This document shows, piece after piece, positions 39,050-46,995 of a DNA stretch of 64,000 bases. Source of the stretch: Candidatus Uhrbacteria bacterium (GTDB lineage: Bacteria > Patescibacteriota > Patescibacteriia > 2-12-FULL-60-25). The position numbers and the translations under genes are program-made. Location: assembly GCA_963816085.1 (NCBI GenBank), contig CAWFIX010000003.1, positions 487,167-551,166 on the forward strand, read 5' to 3'. How positions within the stretch are numbered: the first letter of the stretch is position 1; every line of letters begins with the position of its first letter. The notes under the pieces were generated by a model, which was given only the letters and a program-made list of their open reading frames with translations, ran no database searches and was not told the origin of the DNA.

Positions 39050-39143
39050 AGCACGTATCTGTGCACACTTTCGTGCACTGAAAACACGACCTTTCACAAC
39101 GCAATAGCGTGTTTCTAAGCCCTTTGGGAGGAGAAGAGGAAAA

Positions 39144-40997
39144 ATGAGAATTCGATCGATGTCCAGTGGGTTGGTTTTGGTATTTTTGTTCGGTGCGACC
39201 GCGGTGAACTGCGGCGGGATGAATGATCCCGGGCAGGAGCCGGTGCGGAGCAGTAAGGCAGCCCTGTGTGAAAACTCGGGGTACTGCACTTCCGAACAAT
39301 CAGCGATCAACGACACCTGCTACAACAACGCATCTCAGACAATCTTGACGTGTTGGAGGTGCTTGCGAGTCCCCGCGAACGAGATTCCGGGACTCGAACA
39401 AGCCTTCCCCGATTTCGACAACTGCGAACACCCCGATGCGGGTAGTGCAGGATCGGCTGGTTCGGCAGGCTCCGCAGGGAGCGCAGGATCAGCCGGAGTC
39501 GGAGGAGCCGATGCAGGTGTGGATGCCCTCGTTTGCAACGATGGCGATACACTCAACTGTTCGCCGAGCTGTCCAGCGGAGCACACCGGCACACAGACAT
39601 GCGCGAACAATGCATTCGGTTCTTGCGTCTGTGTCCCTTGGGGCTCAGATGCGGGCGCGGATGCAACCCCAGACGCCGAACCCGACGCAGAACCGGATGC
39701 TGCACCTGATGCGGAACCGGATGCTGAGGTGGATGCTGCACCTGATGCGGAACCAGACGCTGCGCCCGACGCAGAACCGGATGCGGGCGCGGATGCAACC
39801 CCAGACGCCGAACCCGACGCAGAACCGGATGCTGCACCTGATGCGGAACCGGATGCTGAGGTGGATGCGGGTGTGGATGCGCCACTCTGTCCTGAGACGA
39901 AGGGTGGCTACTGTTCGCCTCCTGGTGAATACGCCTGTAGCGATACCCTGCGATGCAGCTGTGTGCTGGATCTTTCAAAGGACGACGCCGGAGAGAACTA
40001 CCAGAGCATCTGGTCGGACCCAACGGCGACCGGCCTTTGGGCATGCTTGGGTGAATGCCAGTGGTCCAATCCATGCACAGAGGAATGCGCCACTTGCGTT
40101 GGCCCTGCACTGGGTGGCGTGTTGGGTGACACCGAGACATTCCAATGTCGGGGTGGATACTTGTTCCGGCCGGATATGGAATTGACCGGAGTGCCCACGT
40201 GCCCCGACACCGATGGTGGAACGGGTGGTGCGGGCGGATCAGCTGGTAGCGCGGGCTCCGCAGGGAGCGCGGGCGCGGCTGGAACGGCGGGATCAGCAGG
40301 AACCGCTGGCACTGGTGGAACTGGTGGTACGGGTGGCGCGGGCGGAAGCTCGGGCAGTGCCGGAACCGCTGGCACTGGTGGAACTGGAGGTACGGCAGGC
40401 ACCGGTGGATTCGCGGGCAACACACAAGTCGCCTGCGATGAGACCGAGGTCTATACGACCAGCTTGTCGGCAATCCCGGCAACAGGGTTGTACCTGGAGT
40501 ATCTCACTCCTTCCTACCCCGATCCGCTCCATGCGGCGTTCTACAACTGGACGGATTACGGGGACAACGGACCTGCTGGATACGGCGGATACTTCGATAC
40601 TGATTGGCAGATGCGATGTGTGACGGAATCGTCACAGCAATCGCCCATCATCTGCCCGCTCGAGGATACGGTCACGTATCTCCTCGAGGTCATGCCTAAG
40701 TTGGTCCTCACGGAAACGGCGGACCAGACCACCACTCCTCCGGGCTGCACCATCTACACGGACGACAGCGCCTTGTACTGGGGCAACGCTGTTGCGACGG
40801 AAGCAGAGAAGAGTGCACTCTTCTATCCCGGTACTTGGAGGCTCTGGTACAACGGCGTCATGCTCGAAGAGTATGTGGACGCCGCCGGTGCAACTCCTCC
40901 TCCGGGATCATACTTCGTCAAGATCTACAAAGATCCGGGTGACCCCGTTGGCACCACGACCTATCGTGTGAACATGGCAGTTCGCTGGGTCAAGTGA
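39144..40997 (+). CDS. Secreted Cys-rich, Gly/Ser/Ala- and Pro/Asp/Ala/Glu-repeat protein (possible lipoprotein), GC-rich foreign-looking gene
   Basis: Signal peptide 'MRIRSMSSGLVLVFLFGATAVNCGG'. (GSA)n, (PDAE)n and (GTGG/GSAG)n arrays and many Cys. Own terminator at 41023-41052. Confidence 0.8.
   Translation: MRIRSMSSGLVLVFLFGATAVNCGGMNDPGQEPVRSSKAALCENSGYCTSEQSAINDTCYNNASQTILTCWRCLRVPANEIPGLEQAFPDFDNCEHPDAGSAGSAGSAGSAGSAGSAGVGGADAGVDALVCNDGDTLNCSPSCPAEHTGTQTCANNAFGSCVCVPWGSDAGADATPDAEPDAEPDAAPDAEPDAEVDAAPDAEPDAAPDAEPDAGADATPDAEPDAEPDAAPDAEPDAEVDAGVDAPLCPETKGGYCSPPGEYACSDTLRCSCVLDLSKDDAGENYQSIWSDPTATGLWACLGECQWSNPCTEECATCVGPALGGVLGDTETFQCRGGYLFRPDMELTGVPTCPDTDGGTGGAGGSAGSAGSAGSAGAAGTAGSAGTAGTGGTGGTGGAGGSSGSAGTAGTGGTGGTAGTGGFAGNTQVACDETEVYTTSLSAIPATGLYLEYLTPSYPDPLHAAFYNWTDYGDNGPAGYGGYFDTDWQMRCVTESSQQSPIICPLEDTVTYLLEVMPKLVLTETADQTTTPPGCTIYTDDSALYWGNAVATEAEKSALFYPGTWRLWYNGVMLEEYVDAAGATPPPGSYFVKIYKDPGDPVGTTTYRVNMAVRWVK
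39648..39867 (+). repeat. 132-bp in-frame tandem duplication (second copy about 88 nt identical) within (PDAE)n coding repeats
   Basis: gatgcgggcgcggatgcaaccccagacgccgaacccgacgcagaaccggatgctgcacctgatgcggaaccggatgctgaggtggatgc occurs at 39648 and 39780. Confidence 0.9.
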
Positions 40998-41022
40998 TCC
41001 GGATCTGACTCCTACCTACCTT

Positions 41023-41052
41023 AACCGAGGCAATTCTTGCCTCGGTTTTTTC
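41023..41052 (+). terminator. Rho-independent terminator of the 39144 gene
   Basis: aaccgaggcaa-ttc-ttgcctcggtt followed by ttttttc. Confidence 0.85.
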
Positions 41053-41130
41053 ATACTCGAACCAGGGTTTACCAGGATTAAAAACTACAAATTTGCAGGA
41101 TTATTCCTTAATATTTTTAATAAACAATCC

Positions 41131-41230
41131 TCGTAGGGGCGTATCCTTGTGATCGCCCGCACCATGGCTACAGCTGATTAAGCTACGCCTTTGGCGACAG
41201 AACTGGCGAACACGAGGTATCACCCCTACG
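41131..41230 (+). mobile_element. REPIN type II (about 100 nt, TCGTAGGGG...CCCCTACGA ends)
   Basis: Near-identical over about 100 nt to the sequence embedded in RAYT-2 (48388-48490). Sits between the two GC-rich genes. Confidence 0.85.
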
Positions 41231-41233
41231 AAG

Positions 41234-41272
41234 ACAAAAAGAAAAACACCCTGAGTTCCTAGTTCAGGGTGT
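41234..41272 (-). terminator. Rho-independent terminator of the 41294 gene
   Basis: Minus strand acaccctga-actaggaac-tcagggtgt followed by ttttctttttg. Confidence 0.8.
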
Positions 41273-41293
41273 GTTAGAGGTTGAAAGAGCTGG

Positions 41294-43543
41294 TTAGTTG
41301 GTCAGCGAATTCTCCGAGATGTACCGATGGCAGGAATTCTGCGTCGGCACCTTGGAAAGGCTGACGGGGATTGGCGTGGAGGTGGATTGGCCGAAGCCGT
41401 ATCCACGAGCGCTGATGTTACTCAGCTCGTGGCAAGTTCCACCCCAGTAGGAGTTATCCCATTCGGTGGGGTTGCCCCACTCGAAGTAGAACTCGCGGGG
41501 GGCATAGTAACCAGTGAACGACTTCTCGAAGCATGAGCTGTTGTAGCTCATGGTGTGAGGCTGCCATTCGGGAGCCACTTCCCAAAGCGTGGGCTTCGGG
41601 TGGACATACTCAGACGGACCACATAGCGTGACGACCACAGTTGCAAACGGATCCTTGCCGTTGCAATTTTGGTCTTCACCGTCGCCCCAGATTTCAACAG
41701 CATTGGGGCGGACGCGCGGGTCAGAATCGAGGCAGTCACCCTCGGCAACCGTGTAGCCATCGCCATCAACATCACTTGAGGTGATGAGATGTGAAGGCTC
41801 TGCGATTACCTCGAGGTTGTACCAGCCGCCGCCATTGTCTTTGGCGTAAGGCGGTACAGTCCAGGTGACAATACCATTGCTCTCGACAAAACAGTAGGTA
41901 TTCATCTGATATACAGGTGAGCCGTACTGCTCTGTGGATGAGATCGCGGAGAACGACCAGAAATCGTTTGTGTTCGGGTCGTAATTCACGGGGTCGGTTG
42001 CTGCGTTCCACTCGAAGGCAGTTCCTTCTTTGATCTGAACACTGAACTTGGCCCAGTGCACAGCGTGAGTATTGTTGTACTCACCAAGGAAGTCGCCCCA
42101 TTCAACCGGATTCTGTGACTCGTGATCCACATCCTTTCCGAGGATGTAGTAATCGTGAGCCAATCCATCCGGGTGGCGGAGGAAGCAAGTCAGAGTCGCT
42201 TCGTTTGCCGGCTGTTGCGGAGGATCTGCGATGTAACCATCACAGTTTTCATCCACGTCATTTCCGGCCACTTCCGCGACTCCGGGGTTGATGTCGTATC
42301 GACTGTCGTTGCAGTCACTAGCCTGATCCGCATAGCTCGCGGGCTTTGAGCACGCTTGCGTGGTGACGCTGTCGACGCCGTAACCATCCTTGTCGGCGTC
42401 GCGGTAGAAGGTGGTTTTGACACCTTCGTCAATAACGCCGTCGCAGTTGTCATCATATCCATTACAGGTTTCGGTTGCATTGGGATGAACGTTGAAGTTT
42501 TGGTCGTTGCAATCGCCTTCGGCGACTGTGTAACCATCCTTGTCGATGTCATCAACAATCCCGCCACCCGAGCCACCAGTGCCAGAGGTGCCACCGGTTC
42601 CGGCAGTTCCTCCGCTTCCGGCAGTGCCGCCAGTACCCGATGTGCCACCAGTACCAGACGTTCCGCCCGATCCAGCAACTCCACCAGTTCCCGAGGTTCC
42701 ACCAGACCCGGCAACTCCGCCGGTTCCTGCAGTTCCACCCGTGCCCGAGCTTCCGCCCGTGCCTGAACTTCCACCGGTTCCGGATGCTCCTGCGGCACCA
42801 GCCGTGCCATTCCACTCGCAACTACAGACATGGCTCCAGTCATTATTGATACATTTTTCAGTACCAACGTAATCCGGATCACAGTCGCAACTACGAGATT
42901 CATCGCTTTGGCAGGTTTCGATGAGATAGCAGTTACACATTTCGGACAATTGTCCGTTGATGCACTCTTGCGTTCCATTGAAACCGGAGCCGCAGCGATA
43001 GGAGCAGTCGACAACGGCAGTACAAGAATTGCTTGTTCCACCGGTGCCCGACGTACCACCGGAACCAGATGCTCCACCTGACCCAGATGTTCCGCCCGTG
43101 CCTGCAGTTCCACCGGTTCCGGATGTGCCACCCGTGCCCGAGCTTCCGCCCGTGCCAGATGTTCCACCGGTTCCTGCGGATCCACCTGTACCAGCTGTTC
43201 CACCGGAGCCAGAAGCTCCTGCGGATCCACCGGTGCCTTGGGAATCGGGGCACTTGCACCCCTCAGCCCATGTATTATCGGGCTGGCAGAGCAATTTTCC
43301 GTCGTTGCTATCAGGGCAGTCGCACCACTTCCACGCACCTATTGGTGCGCAATGGTTGGGATCGACCGCAGCTCCAGCGGCACCGGCTTCGCCGGATTCG
43401 CCAGCAGAGCCGGCCGAGCCGGACCCTCCTGCTGCCCCTGCCGCCGAAAGCGGTTGGGGGGAGGTAGTGTCTTCGATGCAACCCGTACCAAATACTCCAA
43501 ATACAAACAAGATACAAGAAACAAACAATTTCCGGCTATACAT
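41294..43543 (-). CDS. Secreted Cys-rich protein with (GTGGxS)n arrays and three Asp/Cys 'putative metal-binding' (MopE-like) motifs; possible lipoprotein; GC-rich
   Basis: Start at 43543 with SD AAGGAG 7 nt upstream. 'MYSRKLFVSCILFVFGVFGTGC'. Motifs 'DKDGYTVAEGDCNDQNFNVHPNATETCNGYDDNCDG', 'DADKDGYG...DCNDSRYDINPG...DENCDG' and 'DVDGDGYTVAEGDCLDSDPRVRPNAVE...DQNCNG'. Confidence 0.8.
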   Translation of the reverse strand: MYSRKLFVSCILFVFGVFGTGCIEDTTSPQPLSAAGAAGGSGSAGSAGESGEAGAAGAAVDPNHCAPIGAWKWCDCPDSNDGKLLCQPDNTWAEGCKCPDSQGTGGSAGASGSGGTAGTGGSAGTGGTSGTGGSSGTGGTSGTGGTAGTGGTSGSGGASGSGGTSGTGGTSNSCTAVVDCSYRCGSGFNGTQECINGQLSEMCNCYLIETCQSDESRSCDCDPDYVGTEKCINNDWSHVCSCEWNGTAGAAGASGTGGSSGTGGSSGTGGTAGTGGVAGSGGTSGTGGVAGSGGTSGTGGTSGTGGTAGSGGTAGTGGTSGTGGSGGGIVDDIDKDGYTVAEGDCNDQNFNVHPNATETCNGYDDNCDGVIDEGVKTTFYRDADKDGYGVDSVTTQACSKPASYADQASDCNDSRYDINPGVAEVAGNDVDENCDGYIADPPQQPANEATLTCFLRHPDGLAHDYYILGKDVDHESQNPVEWGDFLGEYNNTHAVHWAKFSVQIKEGTAFEWNAATDPVNYDPNTNDFWSFSAISSTEQYGSPVYQMNTYCFVESNGIVTWTVPPYAKDNGGGWYNLEVIAEPSHLITSSDVDGDGYTVAEGDCLDSDPRVRPNAVEIWGDGEDQNCNGKDPFATVVVTLCGPSEYVHPKPTLWEVAPEWQPHTMSYNSSCFEKSFTGYYAPREFYFEWGNPTEWDNSYWGGTCHELSNISARGYGFGQSTSTPIPVSLSKVPTQNSCHRYISENSLTN

Positions 43544-43675
43544 GATTTTCTCCTTGTCTTTAGTCCATAATCCTGGATACATAAATCCTGGCGTTGAATT
43601 AGCTGGGATTGTGTACGGAGGAAATGGACGTTTTTCGAGGTTCGATGGGCGTTCTCCTCCATTGGAAAACATATA

Positions 43676-43704
43676 AATATAGCATAAAAATGCCATTTTG
43701 TCAA
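43676..43704 (-). promoter_or_regulatory. Sigma-70-like promoter of the 41294..43543 gene
   Basis: Minus strand TTGACA (43704-43699), 17 nt, TATATT (43681-43676). Confidence 0.5.
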
Positions 43705-43810
43705 TGGTAGCTGGACAGAGTTTTTGTCTATAGTCAAATAAAATTAGAAATATCTTAATTAACGGCTTAACAAAGCTAAAAATATTATACGTGTGGATTG
43801 ATAGGAACTA

Positions 43811-43839
43811 TTGACAACTTAGCCAAATACTGTTACAGT
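43811..43839 (+). promoter_or_regulatory. Sigma-70-like promoter with extended -10 for an orphan plus-strand transcript
   Basis: TTGACA (43811-16), 17-nt spacer ending TGt, TACAGT (43834-39). Confidence 0.5.
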
Positions 43840-44232
43840 CCAAATGTCCTAATCGACAAGCGCGCTTATAGAGACAGGACGCAGAACCCCCTCACTCCAA
43901 GCAATTAAGGAGAAGGAAATGCGTACCAACATACTGAATCATGGTGAATATTATCGTGTAACACAGGGACTGTGAGCTCCAAGAGTCCACGCTGTACACC
44001 TTGTGTATATATTAGGAAATAGCGCCATGAATACGAAGCGCACTATCGATCGAAATCGATCGAATGGAATCGGACCTTCAGACTCAAAAAGGCTATATAC
44101 TCCCAGTGAGCTACAGCCACACATGCACTGCCCGTTTGGTGGTTAGGTTGGGGCCTCTGAGCCCAGTAATACCTTTTCGTTTTATACCACCATAGTGTTA
44201 GGCTCCCATACAGAGCCTTGATCTGCGAGACG

Positions 44233-44264
44233 GAAAAAATTAAAACACGACTTACAGCCGTGTT
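44233..44264 (-). terminator. Rho-independent terminator for the TrmB-like gene
   Basis: Minus strand aacacg-gctgtaagt-cgtgtt followed by ttaatttttt. Confidence 0.7.
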
Positions 44265-44275
44265 CCCTAAGCGAA

Positions 44276-44306
44276 AGCGCCAACCTACTCAGGCGCTCTT
44301 TTTTAT
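44276..44306 (+). terminator. Rho-independent terminator of the orphan plus-strand unit
   Basis: agcgcc-aacctactca-ggcgct followed by cttttttatttt. Confidence 0.75.
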
Positions 44307-44307
44307 T

Positions 44308-45063
44308 TTACGGATTTAATTGCGCCCCTCTCCAGATGAGCTCGAACATGGCACGCAACATATCGCGAGTTTCTTTATTTTCGAATAAAAATACAACCGG
44401 CTTGGCTTTAGGTAAGATTATCGCCACTTTTTCATCGAATAAAGTCATCTCCCCTGTAAACTGATATTGTTCGTATGGTATGAATTTTACCTGCCAATTT
44501 TCTTTATTATAGATTGGTAATTTTAAACCCGGCTTTAATGCAACAAGTACACGGCCGCGTAACTGCCTAGTTAAAAGCATCCTTTGTGTTTCATCTATCT
44601 TAGACATTTTTTCGATCTCCTCATCAAGTGCGGAAATGGTTAATATCTCTCCCCTGGTTTGCAAATAGATTTCACGAACCGTACGCAAGCCCTCCTCACC
44701 CTCAAAAAATCTGACATTTGGTTTATCTTCTGAGGCAGAATTATATAGTGCCAAAAATGATGGCAATGCTTCTTTAAGCCTGTCTTCCTTTTCTTGGATC
44801 AGACGGACATCTTTTTCAATGAGACGTTTTAAGCGTTCGGGAGACTCGGCAACAAACATCGTTTTCTTGCCTTTATCAAAAGTCGACATCAAGCCGCGGC
44901 GTTTTAGCGACTCAATCATGACATATGTTGTTGCGCGATTTACACCGGATTTTTTGGCAATATCTTGCACGCTGGCCGGGCCAAGCTCGAGCATGGACAG
45001 GTAGACAAGGGATTCTTTGTCCGAGAGGCCATATTCGGCCAAGCATTCATTTAAGTCTTTCAT
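44308..45063 (-). CDS. TrmB-family transcriptional regulator
   Basis: N-terminal wHTH 'YGLSDKESLVYLSMLELGPASVQDIAKKSGVNRATTYVMIESLKRRGLMS'. Confidence 0.85.
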   Translation of the reverse strand: MKDLNECLAEYGLSDKESLVYLSMLELGPASVQDIAKKSGVNRATTYVMIESLKRRGLMSTFDKGKKTMFVAESPERLKRLIEKDVRLIQEKEDRLKEALPSFLALYNSASEDKPNVRFFEGEEGLRTVREIYLQTRGEILTISALDEEIEKMSKIDETQRMLLTRQLRGRVLVALKPGLKLPIYNKENWQVKFIPYEQYQFTGEMTLFDEKVAIILPKAKPVVFLFENKETRDMLRAMFELIWRGAQLNP

Positions 45064-45070
45064 ATTTATT

Positions 45071-45137
45071 TACGTCAAAAGTCGAATGTCTAACGTCGAA
45101 CGCATTTCGGACATTTGACGTTTGACGTTTGACGAGG
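45071..45137. repeat. Mismatched inverted repeat of heptads (ACGTCnn / nnGACGT)
   Basis: acgtcaa/aagtcga/atgtcta/acgtcga - loop - ggacatt/tgacgtt/tgacgtt/tgacgag. Confidence 0.9.
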
Positions 45138-45148
45138 TTGTTAGTGAG

Positions 45149-46276
45149 TTACCATTGTGTTAGAACGGGGAGAGTTAGTTCGGCGGTGTTGCGCCAGGTG
45201 TATTTGGAAGCTTGGGCTATGCCGGCGGTTTGGAGTTTTTTTGCGAGGCCGGATTCATCTTGAATACGCGTCATGGCGTGTGCCATACCTTCGAGTTCAC
45301 CCGGGGGGAAGTAGATAGCTGCGTCTTTGCCAATTATTTCGGGAAGAGATGCGGCGTCTGATGAGAGTACCGGGCAACCACAGGCCATTGCTTCTACAGG
45401 CGGAATGCCAAATCCTTCATACCAAGATGGATGGATGAGCGCTTGTGCACCATTTAGAATCGCCGGTTTATCGGCCTCGGGGACGTAACCGAGCTGTAAA
45501 ATGTCTTGTTTAGCGCTTGAATCCGCAATGGCTTTTTTGATTTCCTCATAACCAAAACCCGGGTTGCCTATGAGGACAAGTTTGGTTGGATCTCCCAAGC
45601 CTCGGCGAGCTTTGAATAAAGTAAAAGCTTTGACCAAATTGGCAATATTCTTTTTAGCTTCGAGGCGGCCAACGGAAACAAAATATGGTTTAGAAATACG
45701 ATAGCGAGTTAAGCGTTCTTCGATTTCAGCCAAATCGGAAATTGGGCGATAACGATCGTGATCTATTCCATTTGGGGTTATTGCGATTTTTGATGGATCT
45801 ATACCATAAGTTTCCGCGATTTCACGGCCGGAGAATTCGGATACGGTTATAACTCTTTCGGCGCGTTTAGCGATATCTTTTGTGCTCCACTCGTGGAATT
45901 TGCGATCACGGGGTTTGTATAATTGCGGTAAGCGCTTAAAACCAACATCGTGGACTGTGACTACGGATTTTTTTGGTGAGACCCGAGGGAGCACATGCGC
46001 CGGAATAAAAAAGACATCCGTGGGGCGGCGCCAAAGCTCGTAAGAGAGACGAACTTGAGTCCAGCCTTTACCGATTGGCCAATGCGCGCGAACCTCGTAC
46101 CAATTTTTAGGAAGCTTTTCCAAACCGTTTTGCAATACTTCGTTGGAATACAAAACCCAAGAATGCTCGCTATCTTTGGTAAGTTCTTTTAAATTCTGAA
46201 TAACGTGCCACGCATACCACTCTACACCGGTTTTATTGGTTTTATTGGCACGAGAAGCATCAATACCGATTAACAT
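45149..46276 (-). CDS. GT4-family glycosyltransferase (mannosyltransferase-like)
   Basis: Start at the Met at 46276 ('MLIGIDASRANKTNKTGVEWY'); 'PSWYEGFGIPPVEAMACGCPVLSSDAASLPEI'. Confidence 0.85.
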   Translation of the reverse strand: MLIGIDASRANKTNKTGVEWYAWHVIQNLKELTKDSEHSWVLYSNEVLQNGLEKLPKNWYEVRAHWPIGKGWTQVRLSYELWRRPTDVFFIPAHVLPRVSPKKSVVTVHDVGFKRLPQLYKPRDRKFHEWSTKDIAKRAERVITVSEFSGREIAETYGIDPSKIAITPNGIDHDRYRPISDLAEIEERLTRYRISKPYFVSVGRLEAKKNIANLVKAFTLFKARRGLGDPTKLVLIGNPGFGYEEIKKAIADSSAKQDILQLGYVPEADKPAILNGAQALIHPSWYEGFGIPPVEAMACGCPVLSSDAASLPEIIGKDAAIYFPPGELEGMAHAMTRIQDESGLAKKLQTAGIAQASKYTWRNTAELTLPVLTQW

Positions 46277-46305
46277 GTCAACATTATAACATATTACAAA
46301 CCTGA

Positions 46306-46387
46306 GGTCATAACGTCGTAACGTCGTAACGTACAAACCACCTCCAACTCCGTTACGACATTAAGACGTTATGACTTTACGACTTTC
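46306..46387. repeat. Mismatched inverted repeat of 8-nt units (GTCGTAAC / CGTTAnGA)
   Basis: gtcataacgtcgtaacgtcgtaacgtaca...ccgttacgacattaagacgttatgactttacgac. Confidence 0.9.
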
Positions 46388-46412
46388 CAGTTGAGATGAT
46401 AACCTTTGCGTT

Positions 46413-46910
46413 ATGGGTTATTACATAATTATCCGCGGGCCGCTGGGTTGCGGAAAAACGACGATAGCAAAAGCACTGGCCGCGAGGTTAAGCGCTGAGT
46501 ATTTATCTGTGGATGAGATTTTAGATGAAAATAAACTTGAAGATAATATGGGGGATGGATTTATCTCACAGGAAAGTTTTAAGAAGGCTGATAATTACTT
46601 ATCGGAAAAAGCTAAAGAGTTTTTGGATAAAAAAATACCGGTTGTTATTGATGGTAATTTTTATTGGAAATCGCAAATTGATGATTTAGCGGAAAAGCTC
46701 ATTTATCCGCATGCGATATTTACCTTGGATGCGCCGCTTGAGGTTTGTATCGAAAGAGACGCTAAGCGCGAGAATCCACTTGGCGAAGATGCGACCAGAG
46801 TAATATACGAAAAAACCACCTCAGTTGAGGCGGGCAAAAAAATTGATGCCACAAAAGACACCGAAGTGGTGATTACTGAGATTATTGATGTGTTATTGAT
46901 GAAGTCTTAA
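46413..46910 (+). CDS. P-loop NTPase / small kinase-like ATP-binding protein
   Basis: Walker A 'IRGPLGCGKTTIAKALA'; 165 aa. Bracketed by two homologous repeat hairpins. Confidence 0.7.
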   Translation: MGYYIIIRGPLGCGKTTIAKALAARLSAEYLSVDEILDENKLEDNMGDGFISQESFKKADNYLSEKAKEFLDKKIPVVIDGNFYWKSQIDDLAEKLIYPHAIFTLDAPLEVCIERDAKRENPLGEDATRVIYEKTTSVEAGKKIDATKDTEVVITEIIDVLLMKS

Positions 46911-46984
46911 AGTCTTAACGTCATAACGTCCTAATGTACAAAAAAACACCCCGTTAAGACGTTACGACTTTATGACGTTAAGAC
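46903..46984. repeat. Mismatched inverted repeat of 8-nt units between convergent genes
   Basis: aagtcttaaagtcttaacgtcataacgtcctaatgtaca...ccgttaagacgttacgactttatgacgttaagact. The loop and arms are homologous to 46306-46387. Confidence 0.9.
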
Positions 46985-46995
46985 TATAGAGTTGT

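Larger units (their letters stand above)
43846..44306 (+). other. Orphan transcription unit (about 460 nt): candidate structured RNA and/or small-protein mRNA
   Basis: Bounded by the promoter above and the terminator at 44276-44306. Contains an SD-led 18-codon sORF (43919..43975, MRTNILNHGEYYRVTQGL), a 39-codon sORF (44027..44146) and several hairpins. No ORF of 60 aa or more. Confidence 0.4.

Noticed and set aside
39648-39867. Possible diversity-generating retroelement template/variable repeat pair.
   Set aside because: The two copies are identical, with no adenine-specific differences. They are tandem and in the same ORF, and no reverse transcriptase ORF exists in the window.
39307-43737. 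Many long overlapping ORFs in other frames and on the opposite strand of the GC-rich island (e.g. 39436..40185, 39553..40482, 42190..43338, 43029..43676).
   Set aside because: They are Pro/Arg/Gly-rich mirror readings of GC-rich, stop-poor repeats. They lack starts with an SD. The two chosen frames have signal peptides, SD sites, promoters and terminators.
38900-43750. The GC-rich island as a chimeric assembly artefact.
   Set aside because: A host-type REPIN nearly identical to the one inside RAYT-2 lies within the island, and AT-rich host-like promoters, SD sites and terminators flank both genes. Read-level confirmation is still advisable.
43846-44306. tmRNA, RNase P RNA, SRP RNA or 6S RNA in the ORF-free transcript unit.
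   Set aside because: I could not find the hallmark strings: GGGG...tRNA-like CCA end and an alanine-ending tag frame for tmRNA, GAGGAAAGTCC for RNase P, or GGAAGCAGCC-type domain IV for SRP. It is kept only as an unclassified candidate.
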